This document shows, piece after piece, positions 19,504-30,890 of a stretch of DNA of 64,000 nt (the stretch's first letter is position 1; each line of letters begins with the position of its first letter). The stretch is from contig CALWHE010000008.1 of the NCBI GenBank assembly GCA_944380295.1, forward strand, positions 6,233-70,232, given 5' to 3'. Origin of the DNA: an uncultured Christensenellaceae bacterium. Lineage in GTDB: Bacteria; Bacillota; Clostridia; Christensenellales; UBA3700. Made by a program: the position numbers and the translations under genes. The notes below the pieces were generated by a model. That model ran no database searches. It saw only the letters and a program-made list of their open reading frames with translations, and was not told where the DNA came from.

Positions 19504-19546
19504 CGCGCTGCCGCGGGACATAACGCTCTCTTTGCAAAGTATTTAC

Positions 19547-19575
19547 TTGACTATTGCACATATTTATATTATTAT
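19547..19575 (+). promoter_or_regulatory. Probable sigma-A promoter of ftsH
   Basis: TTGACT-17 bp-TATTAT. Confidence 0.55.
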
Positions 19576-19609
19576 AAGTGTATTATCGTATACCATAGGG
19601 GATAATGAA

Positions 19610-21745
19610 GTGACAAAAAATCAAAAAATATTGAGGATAGTCCTCATCGTGCTTTCCGTGGTGGTCATCGCGTTGCTTTTGTGGATGATCTTTTCTCCGG
19701 AAGGTCCCAAGGAGATAGACTATCAGACGGATGAAGAAAACCGCAAGGGCTTGGTCGACATGATAGTCAACGGCGAGGTGCAGGCCGTTTACGTGAACGG
19801 TTACACGGCGTATGTGCTCACGGTCGAACAGGGGATCGGCACGCAGGAATTTTATAAAAATCCCACTTCCGCGGCGGAATATTTCTGCTATATGCCGTAT
19901 AGCTATGCTTTGAACAACACGGTGCTCACGCAGGAAGACGGCACCGAGGTCATGCTTTCCTCGCTCACCACCATTCGTTACGCCAACGCGCAGAGCAATT
20001 CCACGCTCACTTCGCTCATCGTGCCCATCGTGGGCGTGGTAGTGATAGGCATCATCATCTTTTTCATCTTCCGCCAGAGCGCGGGCGCCAACAAGCAGGC
20101 GATGAACTTCGGCAAGCTCAAAGCGCGCGTGAACATGAACGTGAAAGTGCGTTTTGACGACGTTGCCGGCGCGGATGAAGAAAAAGAGGAATTGCAGGAG
20201 ATAGTGGAATTTTTGAAATCCCCCGCCAAATTCACCGCTTTGGGCGCGCGCGTGCCCAAGGGCGTGCTGTTGGTGGGACCTCCCGGCACGGGTAAAACGC
20301 TGTTTGCAAAAGCCGTGGCGGGCGAAGCGGGCGTGCCTTTCTTTTCCATCTCCGGTTCGGACTTTGTGGAGATGTTCGTGGGCACGGGCGCGGCGAGGGT
20401 GCGCGATCTGTTCGATCAGGCAAAGCGCAACATGCCCTGCATCGTGTTTATCGACGAGATAGACGCCGTGGGACGTCAGCGCGGCGCGGGTCTGGGCGGC
20501 GGACACGACGAGAGAGAACAAACGCTCAACCAGCTGCTGGTGCAGATGGACGGCTTTGAAAAGAACGAAGGTATCATCGTGATGGCAGCCACCAACCGCG
20601 CGGACATTCTCGACCCCGCGCTGCTGCGCCCGGGCAGGTTCGACAGGCAGATATACGTTTCCCTGCCGGACGTGAAGGGCAGAGAAGCCATTTTCAAGGT
20701 GCATTCGCGCAATAAGCCGCTCGCGCCCGACGTATCCTTTAAGATACTGGCGCGCATGACCAGCGGTTTTTCCGGCGCGGACATAGAAAACCTGCTCAAC
20801 GAAGCCGCTATCCTGGCGGCGCGCGCGGGCAGGAAGGTCATCGTCATGGTAGACCTTTTGGAAGGCATCAACAAGGTGATCGCGGGACCGCAGAAAAAGA
20901 GCCGCGTGGTCACGGAAACGGATAAGCGCATCACCGCTTATCACGAATCCGGACACGCCATCGTGGCAAAGCTGCTGCCCGGCTGCGACGAGGTGCAGGA
21001 AGTGAGCATCATTCCGCGCGGCATGGCGGCTGGCTACACGCTCACCCGTCCCGACACTGACGACAGCCACGTCACGCGCAGCAAGCTGCACGACACCATT
21101 GCCATGATGCTGGGCGGCAGAGCGGCGGAAGAGATAGTCATTCACGATATCTCCACCGGCGCGTCCAACGATATCCAGCGCGCCACGCAGATCGCGCGCA
21201 GCATGGTCACGGAGTGGGGCATGTCGGAGGCGATCGGCAACATCTATCTGGGCGGCGACAAAGAGGTGTTTTTGGGCAAGGATTTCGGCGCCACGCACAC
21301 ATACAGTGAAGAGCTGGGCGGAGTGATAGACGTGGAGATCCGCAAGATAATAGACGGAGCGTATGAACGCGCGCTGTCCATTTTGCGCGAACATCGTTCC
21401 GTTTTGGACAATATGGTCAAGGTGCTTTACGCCAAGCAGACCATTTATACCGACGAAGTGAACATGCTCTTTGACGGCAAGAGCGCGGAAGAGGTGATCG
21501 CGGACATCGACGCGCGCGCCAGCAGGCGTGACGCGCAATTCGGCGCGGCAAAGCCGGAGGGCGCCGTGCGCGGGGTGAACATCGTGTCCGAGCGTGAAGA
21601 GGCCGCGCAAGCGCCGCAGACGGAAAGCCGGGAGCCTGCGCAGGAGCAGCCGGCGGAAAGTCTGCCGCAGGAGCCGGGCAAGGCGGAAGAGGGTGCCGAG
21701 CCGCCCGCGGCGCAGAAAGAGCGCGAGAAAAAAGAGGATAAGTGA
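19610..21745 (+). CDS. ftsH: ATP-dependent zinc metalloprotease FtsH
   Basis: Two N-terminal TMs, [36 protein letters not shown] start at 19610. Confidence 0.97.
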   Translation: MTKNQKILRIVLIVLSVVVIALLLWMIFSPEGPKEIDYQTDEENRKGLVDMIVNGEVQAVYVNGYTAYVLTVEQGIGTQEFYKNPTSAAEYFCYMPYSYALNNTVLTQEDGTEVMLSSLTTIRYANAQSNSTLTSLIVPIVGVVVIGIIIFFIFRQSAGANKQAMNFGKLKARVNMNVKVRFDDVAGADEEKEELQEIVEFLKSPAKFTALGARVPKGVLLVGPPGTGKTLFAKAVAGEAGVPFFSISGSDFVEMFVGTGAARVRDLFDQAKRNMPCIVFIDEIDAVGRQRGAGLGGGHDEREQTLNQLLVQMDGFEKNEGIIVMAATNRADILDPALLRPGRFDRQIYVSLPDVKGREAIFKVHSRNKPLAPDVSFKILARMTSGFSGADIENLLNEAAILAARAGRKVIVMVDLLEGINKVIAGPQKKSRVVTETDKRITAYHESGHAIVAKLLPGCDEVQEVSIIPRGMAAGYTLTRPDTDDSHVTRSKLHDTIAMMLGGRAAEEIVIHDISTGASNDIQRATQIARSMVTEWGMSEAIGNIYLGGDKEVFLGKDFGATHTYSEELGGVIDVEIRKIIDGAYERALSILREHRSVLDNMVKVLYAKQTIYTDEVNMLFDGKSAEEVIADIDARASRRDAQFGAAKPEGAVRGVNIVSEREEAAQAPQTESREPAQEQPAESLPQEPGKAEEGAEPPAAQKEREKKEDK

Positions 21746-21766
21746 TAAACATCCGCAAAAAAGTTT

Positions 21767-21793
21767 GCCCGCCTTGCACAAGGCGGGCTTTTT
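21767..21793 (+). terminator. Terminator after ftsH
   Basis: GCCCGCCTTG-CA-CAAGGCGGGC followed by TTTTT. Confidence 0.85.
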
Positions 21794-21833
21794 GTTTGTT
21801 CTCAAAGGCAAGGGCGGAGCATATGCTTTTTAT

Positions 21834-22679
21834 ATGAAAGAAATTGCCTATTATAACGGAGAAACGGCGGAAGCGGAAAAGCTCAAAGTGCCTTTTTTGG
21901 AGCGCACCGCCTTTTTCGGCGACGCGGTTTACGACGTCACTTACGCCATATCCCACGGCGCTTTTGCGCTCAAAGAGCACGTGGAGCGGCTTTATAAGAG
22001 CGCCGCGCGCGTGGGACTTGAACCTCCGCTCGCGCCGACGGAATTTGCGGAGCTGGTCCGCTCGCTCATCAGGCGGTGCGACGATGAGGAGCTGCTTGTC
22101 TATATGCAATTTTCCGGCGGAGCGGGCAGGCGCGAACATGCGCGCAGGACCTCGCCTTCTGTATGGGTCTACATCTTTCCCAAAAAGATAGAGAGCAGAG
22201 AAAAGCGTTACAGGCTGATCAGCGCGCCCGATATTCGTTACGGGCTGTGCGGCATAAAAACGGTCAATCTTCTGCCCAACGTGCTGGCGGCAAACGCGGC
22301 GGCGCAGACGGGCGCGGACGAGTGCGTGTTTGTGCGCGGCGGGTTCGTCACGGAATGCGCGCACTCCAACGTGAGCATGCTCAAAGGCGGAGAGTTGGTG
22401 GCGCCGCCCGCGCGCGGACAGATATTGGAAGGCATTTCCCTCTCCCATCTGATCAAGGCGTGCGCGGAAGAGGGCGTGCCGGTGAGCAGGCGCTTTTTCT
22501 CTCTGGAAGAGCTGATGGGCGCGGACGAAGTGCTCATCACCTCTTCCGGCGTGCCGCTGTGCACCTGCGAGCGCATAGACGGCGTGAAGGTGGGCGGAAA
22601 GGACGGACGCACCGCGGAGCGGCTGGCGGACGTTTTATACGGGCAGTATGCGCTTTGCTGCGCCCTGGACGGGAGGTAA
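21834..22679 (+). CDS. Class IV PLP aminotransferase (D-amino-acid transaminase-like)
   Basis: FFGDAVYD, HVERL, IKTVNLLPN, VTECAHSN, ILEGIS, ADEVLITSS. Confidence 0.85.
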   Translation: MKEIAYYNGETAEAEKLKVPFLERTAFFGDAVYDVTYAISHGAFALKEHVERLYKSAARVGLEPPLAPTEFAELVRSLIRRCDDEELLVYMQFSGGAGRREHARRTSPSVWVYIFPKKIESREKRYRLISAPDIRYGLCGIKTVNLLPNVLAANAAAQTGADECVFVRGGFVTECAHSNVSMLKGGELVAPPARGQILEGISLSHLIKACAEEGVPVSRRFFSLEELMGADEVLITSSGVPLCTCERIDGVKVGGKDGRTAERLADVLYGQYALCCALDGR

Positions 22680-22680
22680 T

Positions 22681-22944
22681 ATGGAAAAGGAAGGTTTGCG
22701 CCCCGCCGCGTTTTCCGCGGTGTTGGGCAAGGGTTGGACGGTGAGCGGCGTGACCGCCGTGATCTCGGGCACGGATAAAGAAGCCGTGCTGCGCACGGGC
22801 GGCGGCACGCTCAAAATGCGCGGAGAAAAGTTCAATATCACCAAGGTGGATCTGGAAGCGGGCGTGGTGGAAGTGCAGGGAAATCTGCAAAGCATGACGT
22901 GCAGCGGCGGCAAAGGTCCGCTGCTCAAAAGGCTGCTGCGTTGA
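22681..22944 (+). CDS. YabP/YqfC-family sporulation protein
   Basis: VSGV..V, LRT..G.L.MRGE...I.KVDLE.G.VEVQG, C-terminal LLKRLLR; RBS GGAGGT. Confidence 0.7.
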   Translation: MEKEGLRPAAFSAVLGKGWTVSGVTAVISGTDKEAVLRTGGGTLKMRGEKFNITKVDLEAGVVEVQGNLQSMTCSGGKGPLLKRLLR

Positions 22945-22946
22945 TA

Positions 22947-23276
22947 ATGGGCGATACCGCCGCCCGTCAGGCGGCGTTGGGCGCCATGGCTTTGGGTTGG
23001 GGCGCGCTGCTTGCTGCGGCGCTGCTGGCGGCGGCTGCGCTGTGCGGCAGATGCAAGGCGGGCGGAGCGGCGGCGTTTTGCGTGCAGGCGGCGGTGAGCG
23101 TCGCCGTTTTTGCCGCCGCACTGTGGTGTGAAATATCCATCGCCGGGGGCGGCTTTGCCCCTTATCGCATATTCGCCTTTTTGCTCGGGGCGGCGCTTTT
23201 TGCCGGCGCGGCAAAGGGTGTGCGCGCGCTGGCAGGCAAAAGGCGGGAGCGGCGCCGAGAGCGGGCGCGGCGCTGA
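22947..23276 (+). CDS. YabQ-like membrane protein
   Basis: Hydrophobic ORF directly after the yabP-like gene with GGFAPYRIFAFLLG pattern. Call relies largely on gene order. Confidence 0.5.
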   Translation: MGDTAARQAALGAMALGWGALLAAALLAAAALCGRCKAGGAAAFCVQAAVSVAVFAAALWCEISIAGGGFAPYRIFAFLLGAALFAGAAKGVRALAGKRRERRRERARR

Positions 23277-23596
23277 GGCGTTTTCGGTTCTGCCACGCCA
23301 CGCGCTCGCTCAAAAGCGTTTCGCCGCCGTCCGACACGGCGGCGCTATCGCCGAAATCGCGGCAAAAACCGTGGCAGCGGCTTTTGACGGCACAACTTTT
23401 TCATATTTTCCACATATTTACTCTTTGGAACGGCGGCGCACGTTCGTTTCGTTTGCCGCGCGGGCGGCGCTTTGCGCTTTGATCTTGACGCAAAACGCCG
23501 CTTGCGTCAACAGCGTTTCCGCCGCGCTCTGCCCATATTTTTGCGGTAAAAGACTTTTATATTGACTTTTTAATATATAAAAGCTATAATTTTAAT

Positions 23597-23977
23597 ATGC
23601 TTACTTTGGAGTATTGCGAAGACAATGCGCTTTTGAGCGATCTGCACGGGCGGATCTTCGGCGGAGAGGCGCCCGCGGCGGGCGTGGTGCTGCGCGCGGA
23701 CGGCAAGCCGTGCGGCGTTGCCTGTTACGCCTTGGAAGAGGGCGGCGTGCGCATAAAAGAGGTGGGCGTGCTGCAAGAAGAGCGCGGCAAAGGTTACGGC
23801 GATTTTTTCACGCGCGCGCTCGTTTTCAAATTTATGCAGAGCGGCATGGATATTTTCGCGGACGGGGTCTGCGGGTATTATAAAAATCTTGGCTTTTGGG
23901 AAGACGGCGAGGGCGGGATGCGCGTTTCGCCGGACAGGGTGGTGTTCCCGTCTTCCTGCAAACATCGGGAGGGATAA
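23597..23977 (+). CDS. GNAT-family acetyltransferase
   Basis: [13 protein letters not shown] acetyl-CoA motif and YYKNLGF. Confidence 0.75.
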   Translation: MLTLEYCEDNALLSDLHGRIFGGEAPAAGVVLRADGKPCGVACYALEEGGVRIKEVGVLQEERGKGYGDFFTRALVFKFMQSGMDIFADGVCGYYKNLGFWEDGEGGMRVSPDRVVFPSSCKHREG

Positions 23978-23979
23978 AA

Positions 23980-25635
23980 ATGACAGACATAGAAATCGCT
24001 TCGTCCGTGCAGGCGCAGCCCATCGTGAAGATAGCGCAAAAGTTGGGGCTTAAAGAAGACGATCTGGAGCTTTACGGCAAGTTCAAAGCCAAAATAAGCG
24101 TTAAGCCGGCGCCCAAAACGGATAATCTCGTGCTGGTGACCGCCATCAACCCCACCTCTTTGGGAGAGGGCAAGACCACCACTTCCATAGGTCTGGCGGA
24201 CGGCATGGCAAAGCTGGGCAAAAAAGTGTGTCTGGCGCTGAGGGAGCCTTCTCTGGGACCGGTGTTCGGCATCAAGGGCGGCGCCACGGGCGGCGGCTGG
24301 GCGCAGGTGATCCCCATGGAGGACATCAACCTGCACTTCACCGGCGATCTGCACGCCATAACCTGCGCCAACAACCTGATCGCAGCCATTTTGGACAACA
24401 GTTTGCAGCAGGGCAACCCCTTGGACATAGACCCCACCCGCGTGGTGTGGAAGCGCTGCCTTGACATGAACGACCGCGCTCTGCGCAGCACAGTGATAGG
24501 CTTGGGCGGGCACAGCAACGGCGTGCCGCGCCAGGACGGCTTTAACATCACCGCGGCTTCGGAGATCATGGCGGTTTTGTGTCTTGCCGCGGATATGAAG
24601 GACTTGAAGCGCCGCGTGGGCAACATCGTGGTGGCTTATAACAGGGCGGGAGAGCCGGTGACCTGCGCCGAACTGGGCGTGACGGACGCGGTGGCGATCG
24701 TGCTGAAAGACGCGCTCAAACCCAACCTGGTGCAGACGCTGGAAGGCACGCCCGCCATTGTGCACGGCGGACCTTTTGCCAATATCGCCCACGGCTGCAA
24801 CAGCGTGATAGCCACCAAAACGGCGCTCACGCTTGCCGATTACGTGATCACGGAAGCGGGCTTCGGCGCGGATTTGGGCGCGGAAAAGTTTTTGGACATC
24901 AAGTGCCGCGCGGCGGGCTTAAAGCCCAAGGCGGTGGTGCTGGTGGCAACGGTGCGCGCGCTCAAATTCAACGGCGGCGCAGACAAGAGCGAACTCACCA
25001 AAGAAGATCTGCCGCACCTTGAAGCGGGCATCTGCAACCTGGTGGGGCATATCCGAAACCTGCGCGACGTTTACGGAGTGAACGTGGTGGTGGCGATCAA
25101 CAAATTTGTCACAGACAGTGACAAAGAGATAGACTTCATCGCCGGCGAATGTGAAAAACAGGGCGCGGAGTTTGCCGTGTGCGAATGCTGGGCAAAGGGC
25201 GGCGCGGGCAGCGTGGAGCTGGCGCAAAAGGTGCTCAAAGCCATGGAAAAAGACGCCGCGCTCAACTTTGCCTATCCGCTTGAAATGAGCGTGAAGGAAA
25301 AGATAGAGGCGGTGGCAAAGCGCGTTTACGGCGCGGGCGCGGTGGAATACACAGCCAAGGCGGAAGCGGCGATAAAGTCGGCGGAAAAGATAGGAAAAGG
25401 CGGTTTGCCCGTGTGCATTGCCAAAACGCAATATTCTTTTTCCGACGATCCTTCCAAACTGGGCCGTCCCGCGGGCTTTACCCTGACGGTGAACGATTTG
25501 GAAGTGCGCGGCGGCGCGGAGTTTTTGGTGGCGGTATGCGGCAGCATCATGCTCATGCCGGGACTGGGCAAAAAGCCGGCGGCGCTGGGCATGAGCATAG
25601 ACGACAACACTTACGAAATAAAAGGCTTGTTTTAG
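23980..25635 (+). CDS. fhs: Formate--tetrahydrofolate ligase
   Basis: [62 protein letters not shown]. Confidence 0.97.
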   Translation: MTDIEIASSVQAQPIVKIAQKLGLKEDDLELYGKFKAKISVKPAPKTDNLVLVTAINPTSLGEGKTTTSIGLADGMAKLGKKVCLALREPSLGPVFGIKGGATGGGWAQVIPMEDINLHFTGDLHAITCANNLIAAILDNSLQQGNPLDIDPTRVVWKRCLDMNDRALRSTVIGLGGHSNGVPRQDGFNITAASEIMAVLCLAADMKDLKRRVGNIVVAYNRAGEPVTCAELGVTDAVAIVLKDALKPNLVQTLEGTPAIVHGGPFANIAHGCNSVIATKTALTLADYVITEAGFGADLGAEKFLDIKCRAAGLKPKAVVLVATVRALKFNGGADKSELTKEDLPHLEAGICNLVGHIRNLRDVYGVNVVVAINKFVTDSDKEIDFIAGECEKQGAEFAVCECWAKGGAGSVELAQKVLKAMEKDAALNFAYPLEMSVKEKIEAVAKRVYGAGAVEYTAKAEAAIKSAEKIGKGGLPVCIAKTQYSFSDDPSKLGRPAGFTLTVNDLEVRGGAEFLVAVCGSIMLMPGLGKKPAALGMSIDDNTYEIKGLF

Positions 25636-25643
25636 GAGATAAA

Positions 25644-27275
25644 ATGGAAGAAGTAAATTCCGGCAACTTTATTGAAGACATCGTGGAAGAAGAGCTGGCT
25701 TCCGGCAAGGTGAAGGAAGTCATCACCCGTTTTCCGCCCGAACCCAACGGCTATCTGCACATCGGGCATGCCAAAGCCATCTGCATAGACTTTGGCGTGG
25801 CGGCAAAATATCACGGCAAATGCAATCTGCGTTACGACGACACCAACCCCAGCAAAGAGAATGTGGAATACGTCAATTCCATCAAAGAAGACATCGCCTG
25901 GCTGGGCTTTAAGTGGGACGCGGAACTTTATGCGTCCGACTATTTCGACCGCATGTATGACTGCGCGGTGGAGCTGATAAAAAAGGGGCTTGCCTATGTG
26001 TGCGATCAATCCGCGGAAGAGATCAGAGCAACGCGCGGCACGCTCACTTCCCCCGGCAGCAACAGCCCGTGGAGAGAGCGGAGCGTGGAAGAAAACCTGC
26101 GCCTCTTTGCGGAGATGAAGGCGGGCAAATACGCGGACGGAGAAAAGGTGCTGCGCGCCAAAATAGACATGGCGTCCCCCAACATCAACATGCGCGATCC
26201 GGTCATTTACCGCATTTTGCGCGCCACTCATCACCGCACGGGCGACAAGTGGTGCATATATCCCATGTATGACTTCGCCCACCCCCTGGAAGACGCCTTC
26301 GAGGGCGTGACACACTCCATCTGCACTTTGGAGTTTGAAGACCACCGCCCCCTTTACGACTGGGTCAAGACAAATTGCGGCTTTGTGCCGGGACCCAGAC
26401 AGATAGAATTTGCCCGCCTCAACATCAAGCGCACGATCATGTCCAAGCGTTACTTGAAAAAGCTGGTGGACGAGGGTAAGGTGGAAGGCTGGTCGGATCC
26501 GCGCATGCCCACTTTGAGCGGCATGCGGGAGAGAGGGTATCCGCCCGAGGCGATCCGCGCCTTTTGCGCGGCGGCGGGCGTTGCCAAAGCCAACAGCGAG
26601 CTGGAAGTTTCCATGCTCGAACACTTTGTGCGCGACAACCTCAACATGAACGCACGCCGCGCCATGGTGGTGCAGGACCCCGTCCGCCTCACCGTGATAA
26701 ACATGAAGGGAGAAGAGGAGTGCGAGGTGGAAGACAACCCCAATGCCGAAGTCAAAACTTACCACACCGTCAAATTCGGCAGAGATCTTTATATAGACCG
26801 TTCGGACTTTGCGCCCGTGCCTCCGCCCAAGTATAAGAGGTTGGTGCCGGGCGGCACCGTCAGGCTGAAAGGCGCCTATATCCTGCAATACGTGTCGCAC
26901 AAAACGGACGAAAACGGCAACGTCACGGAGATAGAGTGCGAATATATCCCGGAGAGCAAGCAGGGCGGAGCCAACGCGGGCATGAAGGTGAAAGGCGTTA
27001 TCCAATGGGTGAACGCGCACGACTGCGTAGACGTCACGCTCAACGAATTCGATTATCTGCTCTTGGACGGAGAGGGCGATTTCAACGACCGCCTCACCCC
27101 GGAGAGCAAAAAGGTGATAAAGGGCGCCAAGGCGGAAGCCATGCTGGGCGCGGCGGCGCCTTACGACCGTTTCCAATTCATGCGCATGGGATATTACAGC
27201 GCGGTGAAAGGTTACGGCGCGGGCAAATACGAATTCAACATGATAACGGGGTTGAAAGACAGTTATGGCAAGTAA
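25644..27275 (+). CDS. glnS: Glutamine--tRNA ligase
   Basis: TRFPPEPNGYLHIGHAK, DDTNP, MSKR, DPRMPTL, FQFMRMGY. Confidence 0.96.
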   Translation: MEEVNSGNFIEDIVEEELASGKVKEVITRFPPEPNGYLHIGHAKAICIDFGVAAKYHGKCNLRYDDTNPSKENVEYVNSIKEDIAWLGFKWDAELYASDYFDRMYDCAVELIKKGLAYVCDQSAEEIRATRGTLTSPGSNSPWRERSVEENLRLFAEMKAGKYADGEKVLRAKIDMASPNINMRDPVIYRILRATHHRTGDKWCIYPMYDFAHPLEDAFEGVTHSICTLEFEDHRPLYDWVKTNCGFVPGPRQIEFARLNIKRTIMSKRYLKKLVDEGKVEGWSDPRMPTLSGMRERGYPPEAIRAFCAAAGVAKANSELEVSMLEHFVRDNLNMNARRAMVVQDPVRLTVINMKGEEECEVEDNPNAEVKTYHTVKFGRDLYIDRSDFAPVPPPKYKRLVPGGTVRLKGAYILQYVSHKTDENGNVTEIECEYIPESKQGGANAGMKVKGVIQWVNAHDCVDVTLNEFDYLLLDGEGDFNDRLTPESKKVIKGAKAEAMLGAAAPYDRFQFMRMGYYSAVKGYGAGKYEFNMITGLKDSYGK

Positions 27276-27714
27276 GAGGCAGTTCAAAGTCAAAAAGTGC
27301 CGTGAAGCGTATTGCCACTCCCTCTCCCGTTACGCCAAGGAAAACGGGCTGGCTTTGCGCGCCATAGATTATACGGATAACGACAACGTCACCGGCTATA
27401 AGTGCGTGCTGGGGCTGGAAAAGGACGGTTCTCCCGCCTATATCAAGGAGTTTTTCTCCGTGATGTGGGGGAACGACGAGGTGGAAGTTTTTGTCGATCT
27501 GTCCGACAAGCTGAAAGACTTCGCCCTGCAAGGCGAGGTCATAAACGCGGTGGAAAAGGGCACGCCCCTTGCTTACACCGTCCGGCGCGGCATGTTCGGC
27601 AGATGGCATTACAACGTCTTGATCGAAATAGACGGCTTTAAGTATTATTTCTATATAAAGACTATCCGCGGCAGCTCCTTCAAACGCATCATGGACAAGT
27701 TCTGCGGAGAATAA
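27265..27714 (+). CDS. Hypothetical protein (149 aa)
   Basis: Overlaps the glnS stop, has host-like codon usage and is followed by a terminator. Confidence 0.7.
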   Translation: MASKRQFKVKKCREAYCHSLSRYAKENGLALRAIDYTDNDNVTGYKCVLGLEKDGSPAYIKEFFSVMWGNDEVEVFVDLSDKLKDFALQGEVINAVEKGTPLAYTVRRGMFGRWHYNVLIEIDGFKYYFYIKTIRGSSFKRIMDKFCGE

Positions 27715-27727
27715 GCAGGCGAAAAAC

Positions 27728-27766
27728 AAAAAGGCGGGTGTTCGGATAACAAACGCCCGCCTTTTT
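27728..27766 (+). terminator. Terminator of the fhs-glnS operon
   Basis: AAAAAGGCGGGTGTT...AACGCCCGCCTTTTT. Confidence 0.8.
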
Positions 27767-27923
27767 CATGCGTCGGAAAATCATCTCAGTTGTTTTTTGT
27801 CTTTATGCCGTGATTTCTGATATAAGCCACGTCTTCCGCCAGCCGTGCGCTTGAACGAGTTGCTTCTTAAAGTCCGCCGCGCGCGGCGGCAGGGAAAAGT
27901 TTGCACCAGGTATGCCGCGGCGC

Positions 27924-27954
27924 AAAAAAAGGTCCGCAACTGCCGTTGCGGACC
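27924..27954 (-). terminator. Terminator of purF
   Basis: A7 then GGTCCGCAAC-TGCC-GTTGCGGACC. Confidence 0.75.
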
Positions 27955-27971
27955 CGCGGGTTTTTATGGAT

Positions 27972-29375
27972 TCAGCGCTTTTCGAACATGTCTTTTTTCT
28001 TGCGATCGCCCGGGCAGTCCGGATAATTGCCGGTGAAGCAGCCCTTGCAGAATTTGACCTGGGCGTTGGGCACTATCTGATCGAGCGTGTCCACGTCCAA
28101 AAAGCCCAAAGAGTTTGCGTCTATCTTTTTCAGCAGTTCCTCGTCCGTGTATTTGCGGCAAGCCAGCTGATCGCTGTCCGGCACGTCCGTGCCGAAGTAG
28201 CAGGGGAAGAGGAATTTGGGCGAAGCGATGCGCACATGCACTTCCGTGGCGCCCGCCTTTTTGAGCAGTTTGACGATGTTGGCAATGGTGGTGCCGCGCA
28301 CAATGGAGTCGTCCACCATGATCACGCGCTTGCCCGCCACATTGCTTTTGAGCACGTTGAGTTTGAGCGCCACGCTGCGTTCGCGCTGCGATTGCGAAGG
28401 CTGGATGAATGTCCTGCCGATATATCTGTTTTTCACCAGTCCCAAGCCGAAGGGAATGCCGCTGCCCATGCTGTAACCTATGGCGCTGGAAAGACCGCTG
28501 TCCGGCACGCCTATCACCAGATCCGCGTCCACGGGGTGCTGCTTTGCCAAAAGTTTGCCGGTGAGCACGCGCGATTCGTTGACCGATTGTCCGTCTATCA
28601 CGCTGTCCGGACGGGCGAAATATATGTGCTCGAAAATGCACGCGCCCGTGTTGTTAGAGCAGAACCGCTCGTCGGAAGTGAACTTGCCGTGGTGCAGGGT
28701 GATTATCTCGCCCGGCTTGACGTCGCGCACAAAGTCCGCGCCCACGGTGTCCAACGCGCAGGTTTCCGAGGCAAAGATAACGTCGTTGCCTATCTTGCCC
28801 ATGCACAGCGGACGAATGCCGTAAGGGTCGCGCACGGCGATCAGCTTGGTGGGGCTCATCACCAGCATGGAATAAGAGCCTCTCAGCTTGGGCATGACTT
28901 CCGCGATGGCTTCCTCCACGCTGGGGCAGTTGATGCGCGCCTTGGCGATGAGGTAAGCTATTATCTCCGTATCGTTGGTGGAGTGGAAGAGCGCGCCTTC
29001 CGCTTCCAATTCCCTGCGCAGCTCGTCGGCGTTGAAGATGGTGCCGTTATGCGCAATGGCGAGCGTGCCTTTCACATAAGATACAAACAGCGGCTGCGCG
29101 TTTTCGCGCGTGTTGCTACCCACGGTGGAGTAGCGCACATGACCGATGGAGATGTTGCCGGGCATGGCGGAAAGATCCGCGTCAGAAAACACGTCCGCCA
29201 CCAGTCCCAGGTCCTTTTTGCAGGTGGTGATCCTGTTTTTGTTCACGGCTATGCCGCAGGCTTCCTGACCGCGGTGTTGGAGGGCGAAAAGCCCGTAGTA
29301 AACGGTTTTTGCAATGTTGGGTCTGTCTTCGGTGGAGTAATAACCGAACACGCCGCATTCTTCTTTAAGTGCCAT
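27972..29375 (-). CDS. purF: Amidophosphoribosyltransferase
   Basis: Propeptide MALKEE then CGVFG; LQHRGQE, GHVRYST, VDDSIVRGTT, PCYFG, C-terminal CKGC. Confidence 0.97.
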   Translation of the reverse strand: MALKEECGVFGYYSTEDRPNIAKTVYYGLFALQHRGQEACGIAVNKNRITTCKKDLGLVADVFSDADLSAMPGNISIGHVRYSTVGSNTRENAQPLFVSYVKGTLAIAHNGTIFNADELRRELEAEGALFHSTNDTEIIAYLIAKARINCPSVEEAIAEVMPKLRGSYSMLVMSPTKLIAVRDPYGIRPLCMGKIGNDVIFASETCALDTVGADFVRDVKPGEIITLHHGKFTSDERFCSNNTGACIFEHIYFARPDSVIDGQSVNESRVLTGKLLAKQHPVDADLVIGVPDSGLSSAIGYSMGSGIPFGLGLVKNRYIGRTFIQPSQSQRERSVALKLNVLKSNVAGKRVIMVDDSIVRGTTIANIVKLLKKAGATEVHVRIASPKFLFPCYFGTDVPDSDQLACRKYTDEELLKKIDANSLGFLDVDTLDQIVPNAQVKFCKGCFTGNYPDCPGDRKKKDMFEKR

Positions 29376-29641
29376 AAAAATGTCCTCCCGAAAAAACAAG
29401 AAGATTATAGCACCTCACGCGCGCATATGTAAAGCGATGAAAAGATTTTTTCCGCGCAAGAAAAAAATTTTTTCCGCCCGCGATATATGCAAAAGCCTTG
29501 TTCCGCGCCGCAGAGAAACGCGCGCCAATGTTCGCGCCCGCGCGGCGTGCCGCCGCCTATAATAATATGGATATTTATAATAAAAGGCGCCCCGCCGCGG
29601 CGGGGCGCAAAAGCTCGACAGGGCGCCGCATGTCCGCAAGT

Positions 29642-30634
29642 TCAAGCGTTGGCGCTGCGCCTGATGCCCAAAAGCTCCGCCGCTTTTATCAGGCAGGCGA
29701 TGTCTTCCGGCTCCTGCTCGCCGTTGACGCCCGGAGCCACGTTCACCACCAGCGTGTTGCCGCAGCCCGTCAAAAGGCGGTATTTTTCCGCGATAAAGTC
29801 CGCGCCCACCAGTCTGTCCTGCGTGTATTTGGGATCCCAAAACCAGTTGCGCATGTTGCGTATGCAGATGGTGGCTTCAAAGGGCAGGTAGTAGAGCTTG
29901 CCGCCGTGCGAGTAAAGTTTGGGATCGTCTTCGCGCGTGAAGAAAGGGTCCCACAGGCGGAAATCGGAGGGGAAATATCTGATGGGCATGCCTTCTTTGT
30001 AACGGTGCGGGCGGAAACGCGCGCCCGTCAGCTTGAAAACGCCCTTGCCTATGGTCAGATTCACCGCCATGGCGCAGCCGGGCTGCAAGGTGTGCGTGAG
30101 GTCGTAAAGGCGGGGGATATCCCATTGCTTTGGATATTTGTCCCACGCTCCGTCCAGCCACAGCTCGCATATCTCCCCGTATTTGCCGCCCAAAAGCTCT
30201 TTGAGGTGCGCGCACATATAGTCGTTATACGCCTTGTCGTCTTTATAGCACGGCTCGTGCCTGTCCCACAAAGAGTAATAAAGCCCCAGTTTCACGCCGT
30301 ATTTGGCGCACGCTTTTGCCACTTCCGCCACAACGTCCGTTTTGACGGGGGAGCGGTTTACGCAATAGTCCGTGGTGTTTGTGTCCCACAGACAAAAGCC
30401 GTCGTGGTGCTTGGTGATGAGTATCACGTAGTTCATGCCCGCTTCATAGGCGTTTTTCACCCAGCTGTCCGCGTCTATCTTTTCCGGTTTGTAACCGTTT
30501 ATGTCCAGTTTGCCGTTCGACCACTCCGTGTCGTAAAAGGTGTTTATGCCGAAATGGATGAACATGCCGTATTTGCGCGCCATCATGGCGCGTTGCACGC
30601 CGTTTGGCTCTTTTGCGGGCTGTAAAGCGATCAT
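29642..30634 (-). CDS. Alpha-L-fucosidase, GH29
   Basis: YGMFIHFGINTF, ITKHHDGFCLW, GLYYSLWD, ELWLDGA. No signal peptide. Confidence 0.9.
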   Translation of the reverse strand: MIALQPAKEPNGVQRAMMARKYGMFIHFGINTFYDTEWSNGKLDINGYKPEKIDADSWVKNAYEAGMNYVILITKHHDGFCLWDTNTTDYCVNRSPVKTDVVAEVAKACAKYGVKLGLYYSLWDRHEPCYKDDKAYNDYMCAHLKELLGGKYGEICELWLDGAWDKYPKQWDIPRLYDLTHTLQPGCAMAVNLTIGKGVFKLTGARFRPHRYKEGMPIRYFPSDFRLWDPFFTREDDPKLYSHGGKLYYLPFEATICIRNMRNWFWDPKYTQDRLVGADFIAEKYRLLTGCGNTLVVNVAPGVNGEQEPEDIACLIKAAELLGIRRSANA

Positions 30635-30890
30635 AATTTTTCTCCCAAGGTAAAAAGTTATTGCTAGGGCGGCTTCCGAGCGCGCCGCTTCGGCATTATC
30701 GCCGCGGCGGCGCGCCGCAAAGCCCGTTAAAAGTATAACCGCTTTGCGCCTTTGTGTCAACGGCGGCGGCGGCTTTGGGGCGCTTTTGCGGGCAATAAGG
30801 TAAAAATTTGCAAAAAACCTTTACTAATTTTGCGTGGGCGTGCTATAATAAGGACAAACAAAACCTCTTAATTAAAAAAAGGAGTTTATT

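Noticed and set aside
27780-27870. Possible gene fragment on the minus strand (...LAEDVAYIRNHGIKTKNN*)
   Set aside because: An in-frame stop lies immediately upstream, there is no start or RBS, and it is too short to assign.
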